Shown: positions 16,257-24,997 of the stretch, in pieces
How positions within the stretch are numbered: position 1 is the first letter of the stretch
Layout: each line of letters opens with the position of its first letter
Position numbers and translations under genes: made by a program
Assembly: GCA_037142915.1 (NCBI GenBank)
Contig: JBAWZR010000002.1
Span: 1-41,894, forward strand
DNA: 41,894 nucleotides
Reading direction: 5' to 3'
From: Candidatus Moraniibacteriota bacterium
GTDB lineage: Bacteria > Patescibacteriota > Minisyncoccia > Moranbacterales > UBA1568
Notes under the pieces: generated by a model
The model's input: only the letters and a program-made list of their open reading frames with translations
Told to the model about the DNA's origin: nothing
Databases searched by the model: none

Positions 16257-16832
16257 ATGTTTGGAAGTATGTTTACACAAGAACATGTCGATGCCGTGCG
16301 GGCAGGGGAAATCGGCGTGATGCCGACGGATACGATTTACGGTTTGGCCGCCTCGGTGGACTTTCCGGAGAGTATCGAGCGGCTCTACCGGTTGCGCGGT
16401 CGAGATACCGGCAAACCGTTCATCATTCTCATTGCTGATGCGTCTGACTTGGAGCGATTTGAGATTACTCTGACACTATGGCAAGAGGAACAACTCGCAC
16501 GACTCTGGCCGGGGCGGGTGAGTGTGGTATTGCCGTGCGCTTCGGAGCGCCTGGCCTATCTGCATCGAGGGAAACAGTCTTTGGCTTTCCGGGTGCCGGA
16601 CGATGCGGCAGTGCGGGAATTTCTCCATGCGACCGGGCCGGTCGTATCGTCGAGTGTCAATCCAGAGGGGTTGCCGCCAGCCGCGACGATTACTGATGCC
16701 TTCAACTATTTTGGTGATGATGTGGACTTTGTGGTTGATGCCGGGCGACTGGAGAGTAAACCCTCGACCGTGGTATCATTGGAGGGTGACGAAGTGCGAG
16801 TCTTGCGTCAAGGTGCGGTAAAAATTGAATAA
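16257..16832 (+). CDS. tsaC: L-threonylcarbamoyladenylate synthase (YrdC/TsaC family)
   Basis: 191-aa ORF. MPTDTIYGLAA, RGRDTGKPFIIL and SSSVNPEG are YrdC-domain hallmarks. Confidence 0.85.
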   Translation: MFGSMFTQEHVDAVRAGEIGVMPTDTIYGLAASVDFPESIERLYRLRGRDTGKPFIILIADASDLERFEITLTLWQEEQLARLWPGRVSVVLPCASERLAYLHRGKQSLAFRVPDDAAVREFLHATGPVVSSSVNPEGLPPAATITDAFNYFGDDVDFVVDAGRLESKPSTVVSLEGDEVRVLRQGAVKIE

Positions 16833-16838
16833 ACTCAT

Positions 16839-17792
16839 ATGAAAATCTTAGTGACGGGTGGTGCGGGTTTCATCGGGTCGGCACTCACGAAGCAATTGAT
16901 CGATCGGGGTGACGAGGTAGTGATTGTCGATAATTTCAATGATTACTATGATCCACAGCTGAAGCGTGATCGGGTAGCAATGCTGTTGAAGGGGTATGCT
17001 CCCAAAGTAGTTGAAGCAGATATTCGGGACGAGAGCGCGATGGCGAAATTGTTTGCCGAGGAACAGTTCGACAAAGTGGTGCACCTCGCCGCGATGGCTG
17101 GTGTACGCAATTCGCTCAAGGATCCCTTGCTGTACGAAGAGGTGAATGTCCGTGGCACGATGATCTTGCTCGATCAGGCGGTGAAGCACTCCATCAAAAA
17201 TTTTGTCTACGCTTCGTCATCGTCTGTTTACGGAAATAATACTAAGTTGCCGTTTGCTGAAAGTGACTCGGTCGATACGCCGATCTCGCCCTATGCCGCG
17301 ACCAAGAAGTGTTGTGAACTCATCGCGCATACGTACAGCCATATCTATCAGTTGCCGACGACTGGGTTGCGATTTTTCACCGTGTATGGTCCGTGGGGGC
17401 GACCCGATATGGCTCTCTTTGGATTCACGCAAAAAATCGTTGCCGGAGAGCCAATCGAGGTGTATAATTATGGCAAGATGACGCGGAATTTCACGTATAT
17501 TGACGATATCGTTTCGGGTATTCTCACAACCTTGGATGCGAACTTACCTTACGCAGTGATGAATATCGGTGGTGATCGCGAGGAGACACTTACGCGTTTT
17601 ATCGATGTGATCGAAGAAAAAATCGGGAAAAAATCGGAGCGCAAGTTGATGCCGATTCAGCCGGGTGATGTGCCGAGTACCGTGGCGGATATCAGTCACT
17701 TGCGAGCGATGGGTTGGGAGCCACACACCCGCATCGATGAGGGCATAGCCAATTTTATCGCGTGGTATCGGGAGTACTATAAGATACAATAA
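16839..17792 (+). CDS. NAD-dependent nucleotide-sugar epimerase (UDP-glucuronate 4-epimerase-like SDR)
   Basis: The Rossmann motif is MKILVTGGAGFIGS, the catalytic motif is YAATK, and DNFNDYYDP is typical of the GalE/Cap1J-like group. Confidence 0.88.
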   Translation: MKILVTGGAGFIGSALTKQLIDRGDEVVIVDNFNDYYDPQLKRDRVAMLLKGYAPKVVEADIRDESAMAKLFAEEQFDKVVHLAAMAGVRNSLKDPLLYEEVNVRGTMILLDQAVKHSIKNFVYASSSSVYGNNTKLPFAESDSVDTPISPYAATKKCCELIAHTYSHIYQLPTTGLRFFTVYGPWGRPDMALFGFTQKIVAGEPIEVYNYGKMTRNFTYIDDIVSGILTTLDANLPYAVMNIGGDREETLTRFIDVIEEKIGKKSERKLMPIQPGDVPSTVADISHLRAMGWEPHTRIDEGIANFIAWYREYYKIQ

Positions 17793-17800
17793 ATCAAGAT

Positions 17801-18580
17801 ATGCGGAAGCATGAGAATTATCGGGAATTAGTGTGGATGCTGGCCAAGACGGATTTCAAACTCCGGTATCAGGGGTCCGTGCTGGGATATGTGTGGGCTT
17901 TGCTTAAGCCTCTACTTATGTTTCTCGTGCTCAATTTCGTGTTCTCGAGCATCTTCAATCCGCGCAATATTCCCGGCGCTGAATACTATTCGCTCCAACT
18001 CCTCACAGCGATCATGATGTTCAACTTCTTCGCGGAGGGGACGAACGCAGGGATGTCATCACTCCTCTCCAAATCGCAGCTCGTGACGAAGATCTATGTA
18101 CCACGGTGGACGATCATCCTTGCCTCGACGCTCAACTCTGCCCTCATCTACTCGATGAACTTGCTTATTATCATCGGATTTTTCATCTATAAGGGTTTCA
18201 TTCCGAGTGCGCCTTCTATTCTTCTTTTCTTCGTTTTCTCGATCATCATCTATATTCTCGTCGTGTCTTTCGCTTTCCTGACCGCGCCTCTGTATGTGAA
18301 GTTTCGTGATCTCGCGATGATCTGGGAAGTGTTGGTGCAGATCCTCTTTTATGCGACGCCGATCGTGTATCCGCTGCAGATGATGCCTGCCAATGTGCAA
18401 CAGCTTCTCCTTATCAACCCGATGGCGTTTATTATCCACTTCACCAAGGAGGCGCTCATCAACAATCACTTCGCCGATCCCTGGAAGACGACGGTGTTTC
18501 TGTTGACGGTGGGAGGTGCTTTTATTGTGAGTATGTTTTCATATCGCAAATTCATTCCGCGTGTCGCCGAGGATATTTAA
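17801..18580 (+). CDS. ABC-2 type polysaccharide/teichoic-acid export permease (Wzm/TagG-like)
   Basis: 259-aa ORF with 6 TM segments. The N-terminal LAKTDFKLRYQGSVLGYVWALLKPLLMF is the ABC-2 signature. Confidence 0.85.
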   Translation: MRKHENYRELVWMLAKTDFKLRYQGSVLGYVWALLKPLLMFLVLNFVFSSIFNPRNIPGAEYYSLQLLTAIMMFNFFAEGTNAGMSSLLSKSQLVTKIYVPRWTIILASTLNSALIYSMNLLIIIGFFIYKGFIPSAPSILLFFVFSIIIYILVVSFAFLTAPLYVKFRDLAMIWEVLVQILFYATPIVYPLQMMPANVQQLLLINPMAFIIHFTKEALINNHFADPWKTTVFLLTVGGAFIVSMFSYRKFIPRVAEDI

Positions 18581-18589
18581 TTTTTTTGT

Positions 18590-19519
18590 ATGATTACATT
18601 CGAAGAGAACATTTTATTGGCACCGTTCACTTCGTTTCATATCGGTGGACCAGCGCGATATTTCGTCCGAGTGAAGTCCATCGAGGAGGCGATCGAAGCG
18701 CTCACTTTTGCGAAAACCGAAAATCTTCCCGTTTTTATTTTGGGTGGCGGCAGTAATATTTTGGTCGCGGATACCGGTTTCAAGGGTGTTGTGATCAAAG
18801 TGGAAAATGAAGATGTGACAGGTGATGGGCAAATGATTGCTGTGGGCGCCGGAGCGACGTTGCTTTCGGTCGTAGCATTTGCCGTGAGTCGCGGATTGAA
18901 GGGGCTAGAAAATCTGGCGGGTATTCCTGGCTTGATTGGCGGTGCGGTGCGGGGCAATGCGGGAGCCTTCGGGACAGACATTGGTACGCATATAATAAGT
19001 GTGATGGCATTTAATCGGGATACATTTGAAACCAAAGTTTTTACGCATCAGGAATGTCAATTTTCCTATCGGGATAGTTTTTTTAAACAGCATCCCGAGT
19101 GGGCAATCTTTGGTGTAGGTATCGGTTTGGAATTGGGTGATGCAGAGGAATTGCAAAAAATCACTGATGAGACGATCGCTAAGCGGGAAGCGAAACATCC
19201 GCAGAACGCCTGGAGCGCTGGGTCGTTCTTTGTGAATCCGGTCGTGACTGACGCGGTACTCCGTAAGGAATTCGAAACCGATACAGGCATCAAGTTGCGC
19301 GATGATAAGGTGCCGGCCGGCTGGCTGATCGACCAGGTCGGATTGCGTGGCAAAAAAATCAGCGGTGCGATGGTGAGCGAAATCCATCCCAACTATATCG
19401 TCAATACCGGTGCTGCCACAGCGGAAGATATCATTATCCTTTCGAGCCTCATCAAACAGAAAGTCCGCACCCAGCTCAATGTCCAACTGAAAGAGGAGGC
19501 ACAACTCGTGGGGTTTTGA
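18590..19519 (+). CDS. murB: UDP-N-acetylenolpyruvoylglucosamine reductase
   Basis: 309-aa ORF with FTSFHIGGPARYF, ILGGGSNILV, a FAD-binding fold and the C-terminal AGWLIDQVGLRGKKISGAMVSEIHPNYIVN. Confidence 0.9.
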   Translation: MITFEENILLAPFTSFHIGGPARYFVRVKSIEEAIEALTFAKTENLPVFILGGGSNILVADTGFKGVVIKVENEDVTGDGQMIAVGAGATLLSVVAFAVSRGLKGLENLAGIPGLIGGAVRGNAGAFGTDIGTHIISVMAFNRDTFETKVFTHQECQFSYRDSFFKQHPEWAIFGVGIGLELGDAEELQKITDETIAKREAKHPQNAWSAGSFFVNPVVTDAVLRKEFETDTGIKLRDDKVPAGWLIDQVGLRGKKISGAMVSEIHPNYIVNTGAATAEDIIILSSLIKQKVRTQLNVQLKEEAQLVGF

Positions 19520-19581
19520 AAACCGAGCTCCGGGTGTATAGTGGAGGTATTCCTTTAGATAATTTTTTTAGCTCACTTCGT

Positions 19582-19995
19582 ATGGAAAAAGAAAAATTGA
19601 TGACGGCTTCTCTTGCAACGATGGCGGTTCTCATAGTCTTTCTGTTAATCGGGATCGCTTTCTTCTTAGGAAGGGAGAGTGTGCAGTTTAATGGAAATAG
19701 TGGCGATGATACTATTCTTGGGCCAACACCATTACTACCAGATCAAATAATGTGTACAAAAGAAGCAAAACTTTGTCCTGATGGTTCGTATGTGGGTCGC
19801 TCTGGACCAAATTGCGAGTTTACTCCTTGCTCGGGAAGTGACCCTGGACTGATACCGGAACCTCTGCCGGATGGTCCTTATACCGAACCCAGCGGAAGAA
19901 TGTGCACGCAGGAAATGAAGCAGTGTCCGAATGGCGGTGCCGTCGCTCGAACTGGACCAAATTGCGAGTTTGCGCCCTGCCCGACAAAAAAATAA
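19582..19995 (+). CDS. Small membrane-anchored protein with two Cys-motif repeats
   Basis: I chose the start at ATG 19582 (MEKEKLM...); the track start 19516 is a TTG overlapping murB. The TM segment is LATMAVLIVFLLIGIAFFL. Then come two copies of MCT.E.K.CP.G..V.R.GPNCEF.PC. A 20-nt identical block, TGGACCAAATTGCGAGTTT, occurs in both repeats. Confidence 0.7.
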   Translation: MEKEKLMTASLATMAVLIVFLLIGIAFFLGRESVQFNGNSGDDTILGPTPLLPDQIMCTKEAKLCPDGSYVGRSGPNCEFTPCSGSDPGLIPEPLPDGPYTEPSGRMCTQEMKQCPNGGAVARTGPNCEFAPCPTKK

Positions 19996-20020
19996 CACTA
20001 AAATAGAGCTATTTTTCAAA

Positions 20021-20046
20021 AACCTCGCCTTTAAAAGCAGGTTTTT
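20021..20046 (+). terminator. Possible intrinsic terminator
   Basis: AACCT(c)GC-ctttaaaa-GCAGGTT is followed by TTTTTGTTT. The stem is short and has a bulge. Confidence 0.4.
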
Positions 20047-20063
20047 GTTTGGATGGGTGTATT

Positions 20064-20091
20064 TTGAAAAATTTCAAAAAAGTGATATGCT
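20064..20091 (+). promoter_or_regulatory. Promoter for hpf
   Basis: The -35 is TTGAAA (20064-20069), the spacer is 16 nt, and the extended -10 is TGaTATGCT (-10 at 20086-20091). Confidence 0.4.
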
Positions 20092-20122
20092 GGAAGTGAA
20101 ATAATCCGATAAAACCAAGCCT

Positions 20123-20473
20123 ATGAATATGAATTTTTTGGCCAAGGGGATGGAATTAACCAGTGTTTCACGGGCGTATATTGAGAAGCGGTTGGGTCGC
20201 TTGGAAAAGTTGGTGAGTGAAACCGCACTTTTTGAAATCGAAGTCGATCAAGACAAGAAAGGTTTGTATCGCGTGGAAGTGATGATTGATGTCGAGGGAA
20301 AATTGTATCGAGCTGATGAGGTATCGGAGAGCGTGGAGGGTTCGGCGGATTTGGTGGTTGATGAATTGGAACGACAACTGACCCATGAGAAGGATCGCCT
20401 GACGACACTCGAACGCCGCGGTGCCCGGAGTATCAAGAAGAAATTGGTAATCGATGAGGATGCACGATTTTAA
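20123..20473 (+). CDS. hpf: Ribosome hibernation promoting factor / RaiA family (short form)
   Basis: 116-aa ORF. NFLAKGMELTSVSRAYIEKRLGRLEKL...FEIEV...YRVEVMIDVEGKLYRADE matches the S30AE/HPF beta-alpha-beta-beta-beta-alpha pattern. Confidence 0.85.
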   Translation: MNMNFLAKGMELTSVSRAYIEKRLGRLEKLVSETALFEIEVDQDKKGLYRVEVMIDVEGKLYRADEVSESVEGSADLVVDELERQLTHEKDRLTTLERRGARSIKKKLVIDEDARF

Positions 20474-20480
20474 TAACTGT

Positions 20481-20610
20481 AAGACTTAAGCGTTTCGTTT
20501 AAACCGGTTTTTGAAAAATATTCCCTTTTTGCCTGTGGTAAGCATCATCAACGGCTGCAAAGGAAACATTCTTCAAAAACCGGTGTGAATTTTTTAAACG
20601 CATAAGTCTT
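20481..20610 (+). other. 130-nt imperfect inverted repeat / candidate structured RNA between hpf and serS
   Basis: The outer helix pairs 20481-20495 with 20596-20610 (15 positions, 1 mismatch). The inner helix pairs 20504-20515 with 20572-20583 (12/12). Further partial pairing occurs in the 56-nt interior. A T-run lies at 20615-20620. Confidence 0.5.
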
Positions 20611-20622
20611 GAATAATTTTTT

Positions 20623-21945
20623 ATGCTGGACATTCAATATATTAGAAAACATACTGCTGAAGTGAAACAAGCCGTCATCAACAAACGACTCGTTGTTGAT
20701 ATCGATCAATTACTTTCGATCGATAAGGAGCGGGTGAAACTCTTGCAAGAGATCGAGGAATTGCAGTCGCTCAAGAATGATCTGAATGCGATGGTGAGTA
20801 GCGCCAAGGATGCCGCCGAGCGTGCGGAATATATCGCCAAGGGCAAGGAGATCAAGTCAGCGTTGGAAGTGAAGGAGCCGGAATATGCCGGGATTAAAAA
20901 GGAATATGATCGGTTGATGGTCTTGGTGCCGACGGTGCCGAGCGCGGACACTCCGGTCGGGAAAAGCGAGGATGAAAATGTTGAGGTGACCAAATGGGGT
21001 ACGATTCCGAAGTTTGATTTCACGCCCAAGACGCATATCGAACTCGGCAAGGATCTGGACATTCTCGACCTCGAGCGCGGCGCCAAAGTAGCTGGGTATC
21101 GTGGGTATTATCTCAAGAACGAAGGTGTGTTGTTGGCGATGGGATTGATGCAGTACGGTTTGAAAAAAATGATCGAGAAGGGGTATATGCCGATGATCCC
21201 ACCGACGATGATCCGCGGATTCGCTTTGTTTGGCAGTGGATATTTTCAGGGTGAGGAGTACAACAGCGGCGTGGATAATATTTATCAAGTAGCCTCGAGC
21301 GATGAAGAAGCGGACGGGGGATTGAGTCGCGAGAAAAAGTTCCTCGTAGGGACAGCCGAGCCGTCACTCCTCGCCTACTATTCGGGTGAGACACTCGAAG
21401 GCAAACAATTACCACTCAAGATGTGTGGTTTCAGTCAGTGTTACCGGAGCGAGATTGGTACCTATGGCAAAGACACGAAGGGGATGTATCGTGTGCACGA
21501 GTTTATGAAGATCGAACAAGTGGTATTGGCGGAAGCAGATACGGATGTATCGACCCAGCTCCAAGAAGAAATGAAAGCCATCTCGGCTGAGATGCACCAG
21601 GAACTCGGATTGCCTTATCGTCAGATACAGATCTGCACGGGCGATATGTCGGCGGGGAAGTATCGTGCCTTCGATATCGAAGCCTGGCTCCCGGGATTGA
21701 ACCGTTGGGGCGAGACCGGATCGGCTTCGAACTTCCTCGATTGGCAGTCGCGCCGATTGAATGTGAAGTATACCGATGCAAAAACCAGCAAACGGGAATT
21801 CGTGTATATGCTCAACAATACGGCACTTCCAACACCCCGCATCCTCATCGCCATCCTCGAAAATTACCAGCAAGCCGACGGCAGCGTGATAGTCCCCGAA
21901 GTCCTGCGGCCTTATGTCGGGAAGGATGTCTTGGTGCGAAAATAA
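20623..21945 (+). CDS. serS: Seryl-tRNA synthetase
   Basis: 440-aa ORF with an N-terminal coiled-coil arm (MLDIQYIRKH...) and class II motifs (FRSE-type CYRSEIGTYGKDTKGMYRVHEF and GSASNFLDWQSRRL). Confidence 0.95.
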   Translation: MLDIQYIRKHTAEVKQAVINKRLVVDIDQLLSIDKERVKLLQEIEELQSLKNDLNAMVSSAKDAAERAEYIAKGKEIKSALEVKEPEYAGIKKEYDRLMVLVPTVPSADTPVGKSEDENVEVTKWGTIPKFDFTPKTHIELGKDLDILDLERGAKVAGYRGYYLKNEGVLLAMGLMQYGLKKMIEKGYMPMIPPTMIRGFALFGSGYFQGEEYNSGVDNIYQVASSDEEADGGLSREKKFLVGTAEPSLLAYYSGETLEGKQLPLKMCGFSQCYRSEIGTYGKDTKGMYRVHEFMKIEQVVLAEADTDVSTQLQEEMKAISAEMHQELGLPYRQIQICTGDMSAGKYRAFDIEAWLPGLNRWGETGSASNFLDWQSRRLNVKYTDAKTSKREFVYMLNNTALPTPRILIAILENYQQADGSVIVPEVLRPYVGKDVLVRK

Positions 21946-21964
21946 GAGTCGGATCAGTTCTGAT

Positions 21965-21992
21965 TTGACGATTGCCTGGTATATGGTACACT
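21965..21992 (+). promoter_or_regulatory. Possible promoter for tRNA-Lys
   Basis: The -35 is TTGACG (21965-21970), the spacer is 16 nt, and the extended -10 is TGgTACACT (-10 at 21987-21992). Confidence 0.35.
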
Positions 21993-22041
21993 GTTTCTAT
22001 GCGGAAAAGTATAGTTTTCTGTTTTTGTTTGGGTATTTTTT

Positions 22042-22114
22042 GGGTCGTTAGCTCAGTCGGTAGAGCAGTTGCCTTTTAAGCAAACGGTCACTGGTTCGAA
22101 TCCAGTACGACCCA
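22042..22114 (+). tRNA. tRNA-Lys (anticodon UUU)
   Basis: The 73-nt sequence folds by hand into a cloverleaf. The acceptor stem is GGGTCGT/ACGACCC, the D stem GCTC/GAGC, the anticodon loop CTTTTAA, the T arm ACTGG-TTCGAAT-CCAGT, and the discriminator A. CCA is not encoded. Confidence 0.95.
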
Positions 22115-22126
22115 CACAACTTATAC

Positions 22127-22158
22127 AAAAAAACACCTTTGAGAAATGGTGTTTTTTT
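22127..22158. terminator. Intrinsic terminator after the tRNA (A-run/T-run flanked, potentially bidirectional)
   Basis: AAAAAAACACC-tttgagaaat-GGTGTTTTTTT. Confidence 0.75.
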
Positions 22159-22170
22159 GTACATTGCGTG

Positions 22171-22183
22171 TGCTATACTGAAG
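22171..22183 (+). promoter_or_regulatory. Extended -10 promoter TGcTATACTGAAG for the GT4 gene
   Basis: It belongs to the same block family as 9062(-), 29728 and 32739. A GAGGAG SD lies 8 nt before ATG 22209. Confidence 0.45.
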
Positions 22184-22208
22184 ATATTATTCTTGAGGAG
22201 CGTGCTTT

Positions 22209-23360
22209 ATGCGGATTGGTATCAATGGAGCTTTTTTGCGCCGACCCGGAGTTGGGGTTGGTCAGGTATCGGAGCATGTCCTCCGTCATTTGCTGGTGCG
22301 CCCAGGTGATGAATATATTATCTATACCGAAGAGGCCTTTCAGGGGCATTTTTCGTGGTTGAGTCGGGCGGATATTACCGTAAAACCCATGCTTCCACAT
22401 TGGCGACGGGATGACCTCATCCGCAAGGTGTGGTGGGAGAAATATCTCTTGCCGAGAGTGGTTGAACAGGATCAGTGTGATGCGTTTATTAGTCTCTATC
22501 AATCCACTACGATACTCCCACCTTCGATCCACCACACGATGATCGTGCACGATATTATCCCAAAACTCTTTCCCGAATATCTCAATAATGCTCGCAAAAA
22601 ATTGACATGGTGGCTCACTGAGCGAGCTATAAGAAAAGCGACGAACATCGTGACGGTATCGGAGTGCAGTCGGCAAGATGTCATACGCTCTGTCGGTGTC
22701 AATGCTGAGAAAGTGAAGAGTAGTCTGATTGCCGTGGATGATATTTTTCGTGTTATCCCAAGCGCAGCGGAACAGCAACAAATACTGCATAACTATGATT
22801 TGCAGTCGGGATATATTTATCATGGAGGAGGATTCGAAGTCCGCAAGAATACTGAAACACTTTTGCATGCATATAAACAATTGAAAGATCAGTATATATT
22901 GGCAGGGAAGTCAGTCGACTTGCCAAAGCTGGTGCTTTCGGGTCGACCTCAACCACAGTTAGCGCCACTCGTAATCGATATCGAACGGCGTATTCGAGAA
23001 TTGGATGTAGAACAGGAAGTAAGACTACTTGGGTTCGTGTCACAGGCTGATTTGCCAGCAATCTATTCGAGCGCGGTATTGTTCGTGTATCCCTCTTTGT
23101 ATGAAGGGTTTGGGATGCCGGTGCTCGAAGCGATGTGCCAGCGGACGGCGGTAGTGTGTTCGAGTGCTGCGTCCTTGCCGGAAGTCGGAGGAGACACTGT
23201 GCGGTATTGTGATCCGAACGATAGCAATGATATCGCCCAGCAGATCGATTGGCTGCTCTCACATCCGGAGGAGAGGGTGGCATTGGCGGAGCGGGGATTG
23301 GAGCGTTCGCAGCAATTTTCATGGGCATCATTCGTGCAAGATATTTTTTCTACTTTATGA
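22209..23360 (+). CDS. Glycosyltransferase, GT4 family
   Basis: 383-aa ORF. It shows MRIGINGAFL..., the C-domain LVLSGRP...LLGFVSQADLPAIYSSAVLFVYPSLYEGFGMPVLEAM. Confidence 0.9.
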   Translation: MRIGINGAFLRRPGVGVGQVSEHVLRHLLVRPGDEYIIYTEEAFQGHFSWLSRADITVKPMLPHWRRDDLIRKVWWEKYLLPRVVEQDQCDAFISLYQSTTILPPSIHHTMIVHDIIPKLFPEYLNNARKKLTWWLTERAIRKATNIVTVSECSRQDVIRSVGVNAEKVKSSLIAVDDIFRVIPSAAEQQQILHNYDLQSGYIYHGGGFEVRKNTETLLHAYKQLKDQYILAGKSVDLPKLVLSGRPQPQLAPLVIDIERRIRELDVEQEVRLLGFVSQADLPAIYSSAVLFVYPSLYEGFGMPVLEAMCQRTAVVCSSAASLPEVGGDTVRYCDPNDSNDIAQQIDWLLSHPEERVALAERGLERSQQFSWASFVQDIFSTL

Positions 23361-24988
23361 AAAAGCAAGATTGGTTTTTGGGCATTGGCGGGATGACACT
23401 TTTCGTAGTGGCACTGCTTTTCAAATATTCAGGAGTTTTGCCGTCAATGAATATCGCAGAGAGTGGTTTCCTCATAGTGGTAATCTTTTTGTTCGCGTTG
23501 TATCGACCGGTATGGGCATTTGTGATGTTATTGATTTTACTCCCATTGGAAACATTTTCACTCTTGCCGGAGAGTTTCGGTGTGCGCTTGCGACCATATC
23601 AGGTTTTGACCGGGTGTTTGTATGGCGCTTTGTTTGTTCGTTGGTTATCGGGTCGGTTACCAGTGGGATGGTTTCGTTTGGTCTGGGCTGATTGGTTGAT
23701 GATCGTATTTGGACTGGGTTCAATCGTGAGCGCCTTCACATCTGTAACATTATCGGCAAGTTTGAAACAGGTATTTATCGTGTGGTCGTTTTTATTACTT
23801 TACTTTTTGACGCGGTATTTTCTTCGGAGCGAGCGGGATATTTGTCGGATTGTGCCTTTTACATTTTTGTCGGCGCTCGGTGTCTCTGGTTTCGCTTTGT
23901 GGCAGAGTGTTCGCGGTCTCTTGGGGATGGAGAATTTTACGGCTATGGCGGGGCGACCGAATAGCACCTTGACCGAAGCAGATTGGTTGGGATTATTTGG
24001 GGTGGTGATATTGACCGCGGTGCTCGTGGTGATCGGCAAAAAATCAGCCAAGAAGTTTACTGATGGAAATTTTCAGTACCAGATGATTCTCGGATGGTTC
24101 GGCTGGTGGTTGGCGTTGATCGGGGCAGTTATCCTCTTGACCGTGACCGTGACGCGGAGTGCTTGGGTGGCGTCTCTCGTGGTGGCGATTCTCTTCACGA
24201 TGTGGATCGTGGCGCGGTGTTATCGTGCGCAGGAAACTTGGGTGACTGGGATTTCGAAACTGTGCGGTGTATTGCTGACGATGGTTATAAGTATCGCGAT
24301 CGGTTCCCAGTTGACAGCGTTCTCTTTGGGACAGCGGGCGGTGTCCACTGGTGGGTGGCAGTCTATTACGATAGCGTGTGAAATGCCAAATGCCATACTT
24401 CCGCCACCGAGAATTCAGAGCGCGGATGAATTGATGCAGTATTCGTGTCGTCATATTAATCTTGAGGACATTGATGCTGAGAAAGCCGCCGGTAATTTTG
24501 TGATGTCAGTTGAGCGTCCTGATCCCAATGTAGCGACACGATCGAATATTTATTCACAAGTGCGTGGAGTATTACAAACTCATCCGATATTCGGTATCGG
24601 CTGGGGGAGTATCGGTGACATTCTCGGGCGTGATGCCAGTGGCAATGCGCTCAACGCGAGCAATATATTTCTCGAAGTCTGGTTGGGTGCGGGGATACTT
24701 GGCGCATTGGCGTTCGGGTTGGTGTGGTTTGGTATCGGGATCTTGGCGATGTGGAATGTCTGGCAGGATATTTTTAGCGGAAAATTTTTGAATATCCCAC
24801 CAGCTCTTCTGCGTCCATTTCCGATTGCGACGGTATTATCATCGATACTTTCAGTCTTCATTCTTTTCTCATGGTTTGGTATCACGGTTTTTAATCTTTT
24901 CAATTCCGGTATCCTACTTGGTTTCATCTGGGTTTGGCTCGCCGTCGCCGTGAGCGTGGTGACCAGGAAGAGTGAAACAGTAAACTAA
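23357..24988 (+). CDS. O-antigen ligase/polymerase-family (Wzy_C) polytopic membrane protein
   Basis: The start ATG 23357 overlaps the previous stop (ATGA); the track start 23249 would overlap by 112 nt. The ORF has more than 10 TM segments, the TRSAWVASLVVAILF motif and a large external loop. Confidence 0.8.
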   Translation: MKKQDWFLGIGGMTLFVVALLFKYSGVLPSMNIAESGFLIVVIFLFALYRPVWAFVMLLILLPLETFSLLPESFGVRLRPYQVLTGCLYGALFVRWLSGRLPVGWFRLVWADWLMIVFGLGSIVSAFTSVTLSASLKQVFIVWSFLLLYFLTRYFLRSERDICRIVPFTFLSALGVSGFALWQSVRGLLGMENFTAMAGRPNSTLTEADWLGLFGVVILTAVLVVIGKKSAKKFTDGNFQYQMILGWFGWWLALIGAVILLTVTVTRSAWVASLVVAILFTMWIVARCYRAQETWVTGISKLCGVLLTMVISIAIGSQLTAFSLGQRAVSTGGWQSITIACEMPNAILPPPRIQSADELMQYSCRHINLEDIDAEKAAGNFVMSVERPDPNVATRSNIYSQVRGVLQTHPIFGIGWGSIGDILGRDASGNALNASNIFLEVWLGAGILGALAFGLVWFGIGILAMWNVWQDIFSGKFLNIPPALLRPFPIATVLSSILSVFILFSWFGITVFNLFNSGILLGFIWVWLAVAVSVVTRKSETVN

Positions 24989-24997
24989 GATTTTATT

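Noticed and set aside
20474-20622. T-box riboswitch upstream of serS.
   Set aside because: No T-box consensus (…GGGTGGTACCGCG-like) is present. I could identify neither a specifier-loop/K-turn arrangement nor an antiterminator bulge. I keep it only as an unclassified structured element.
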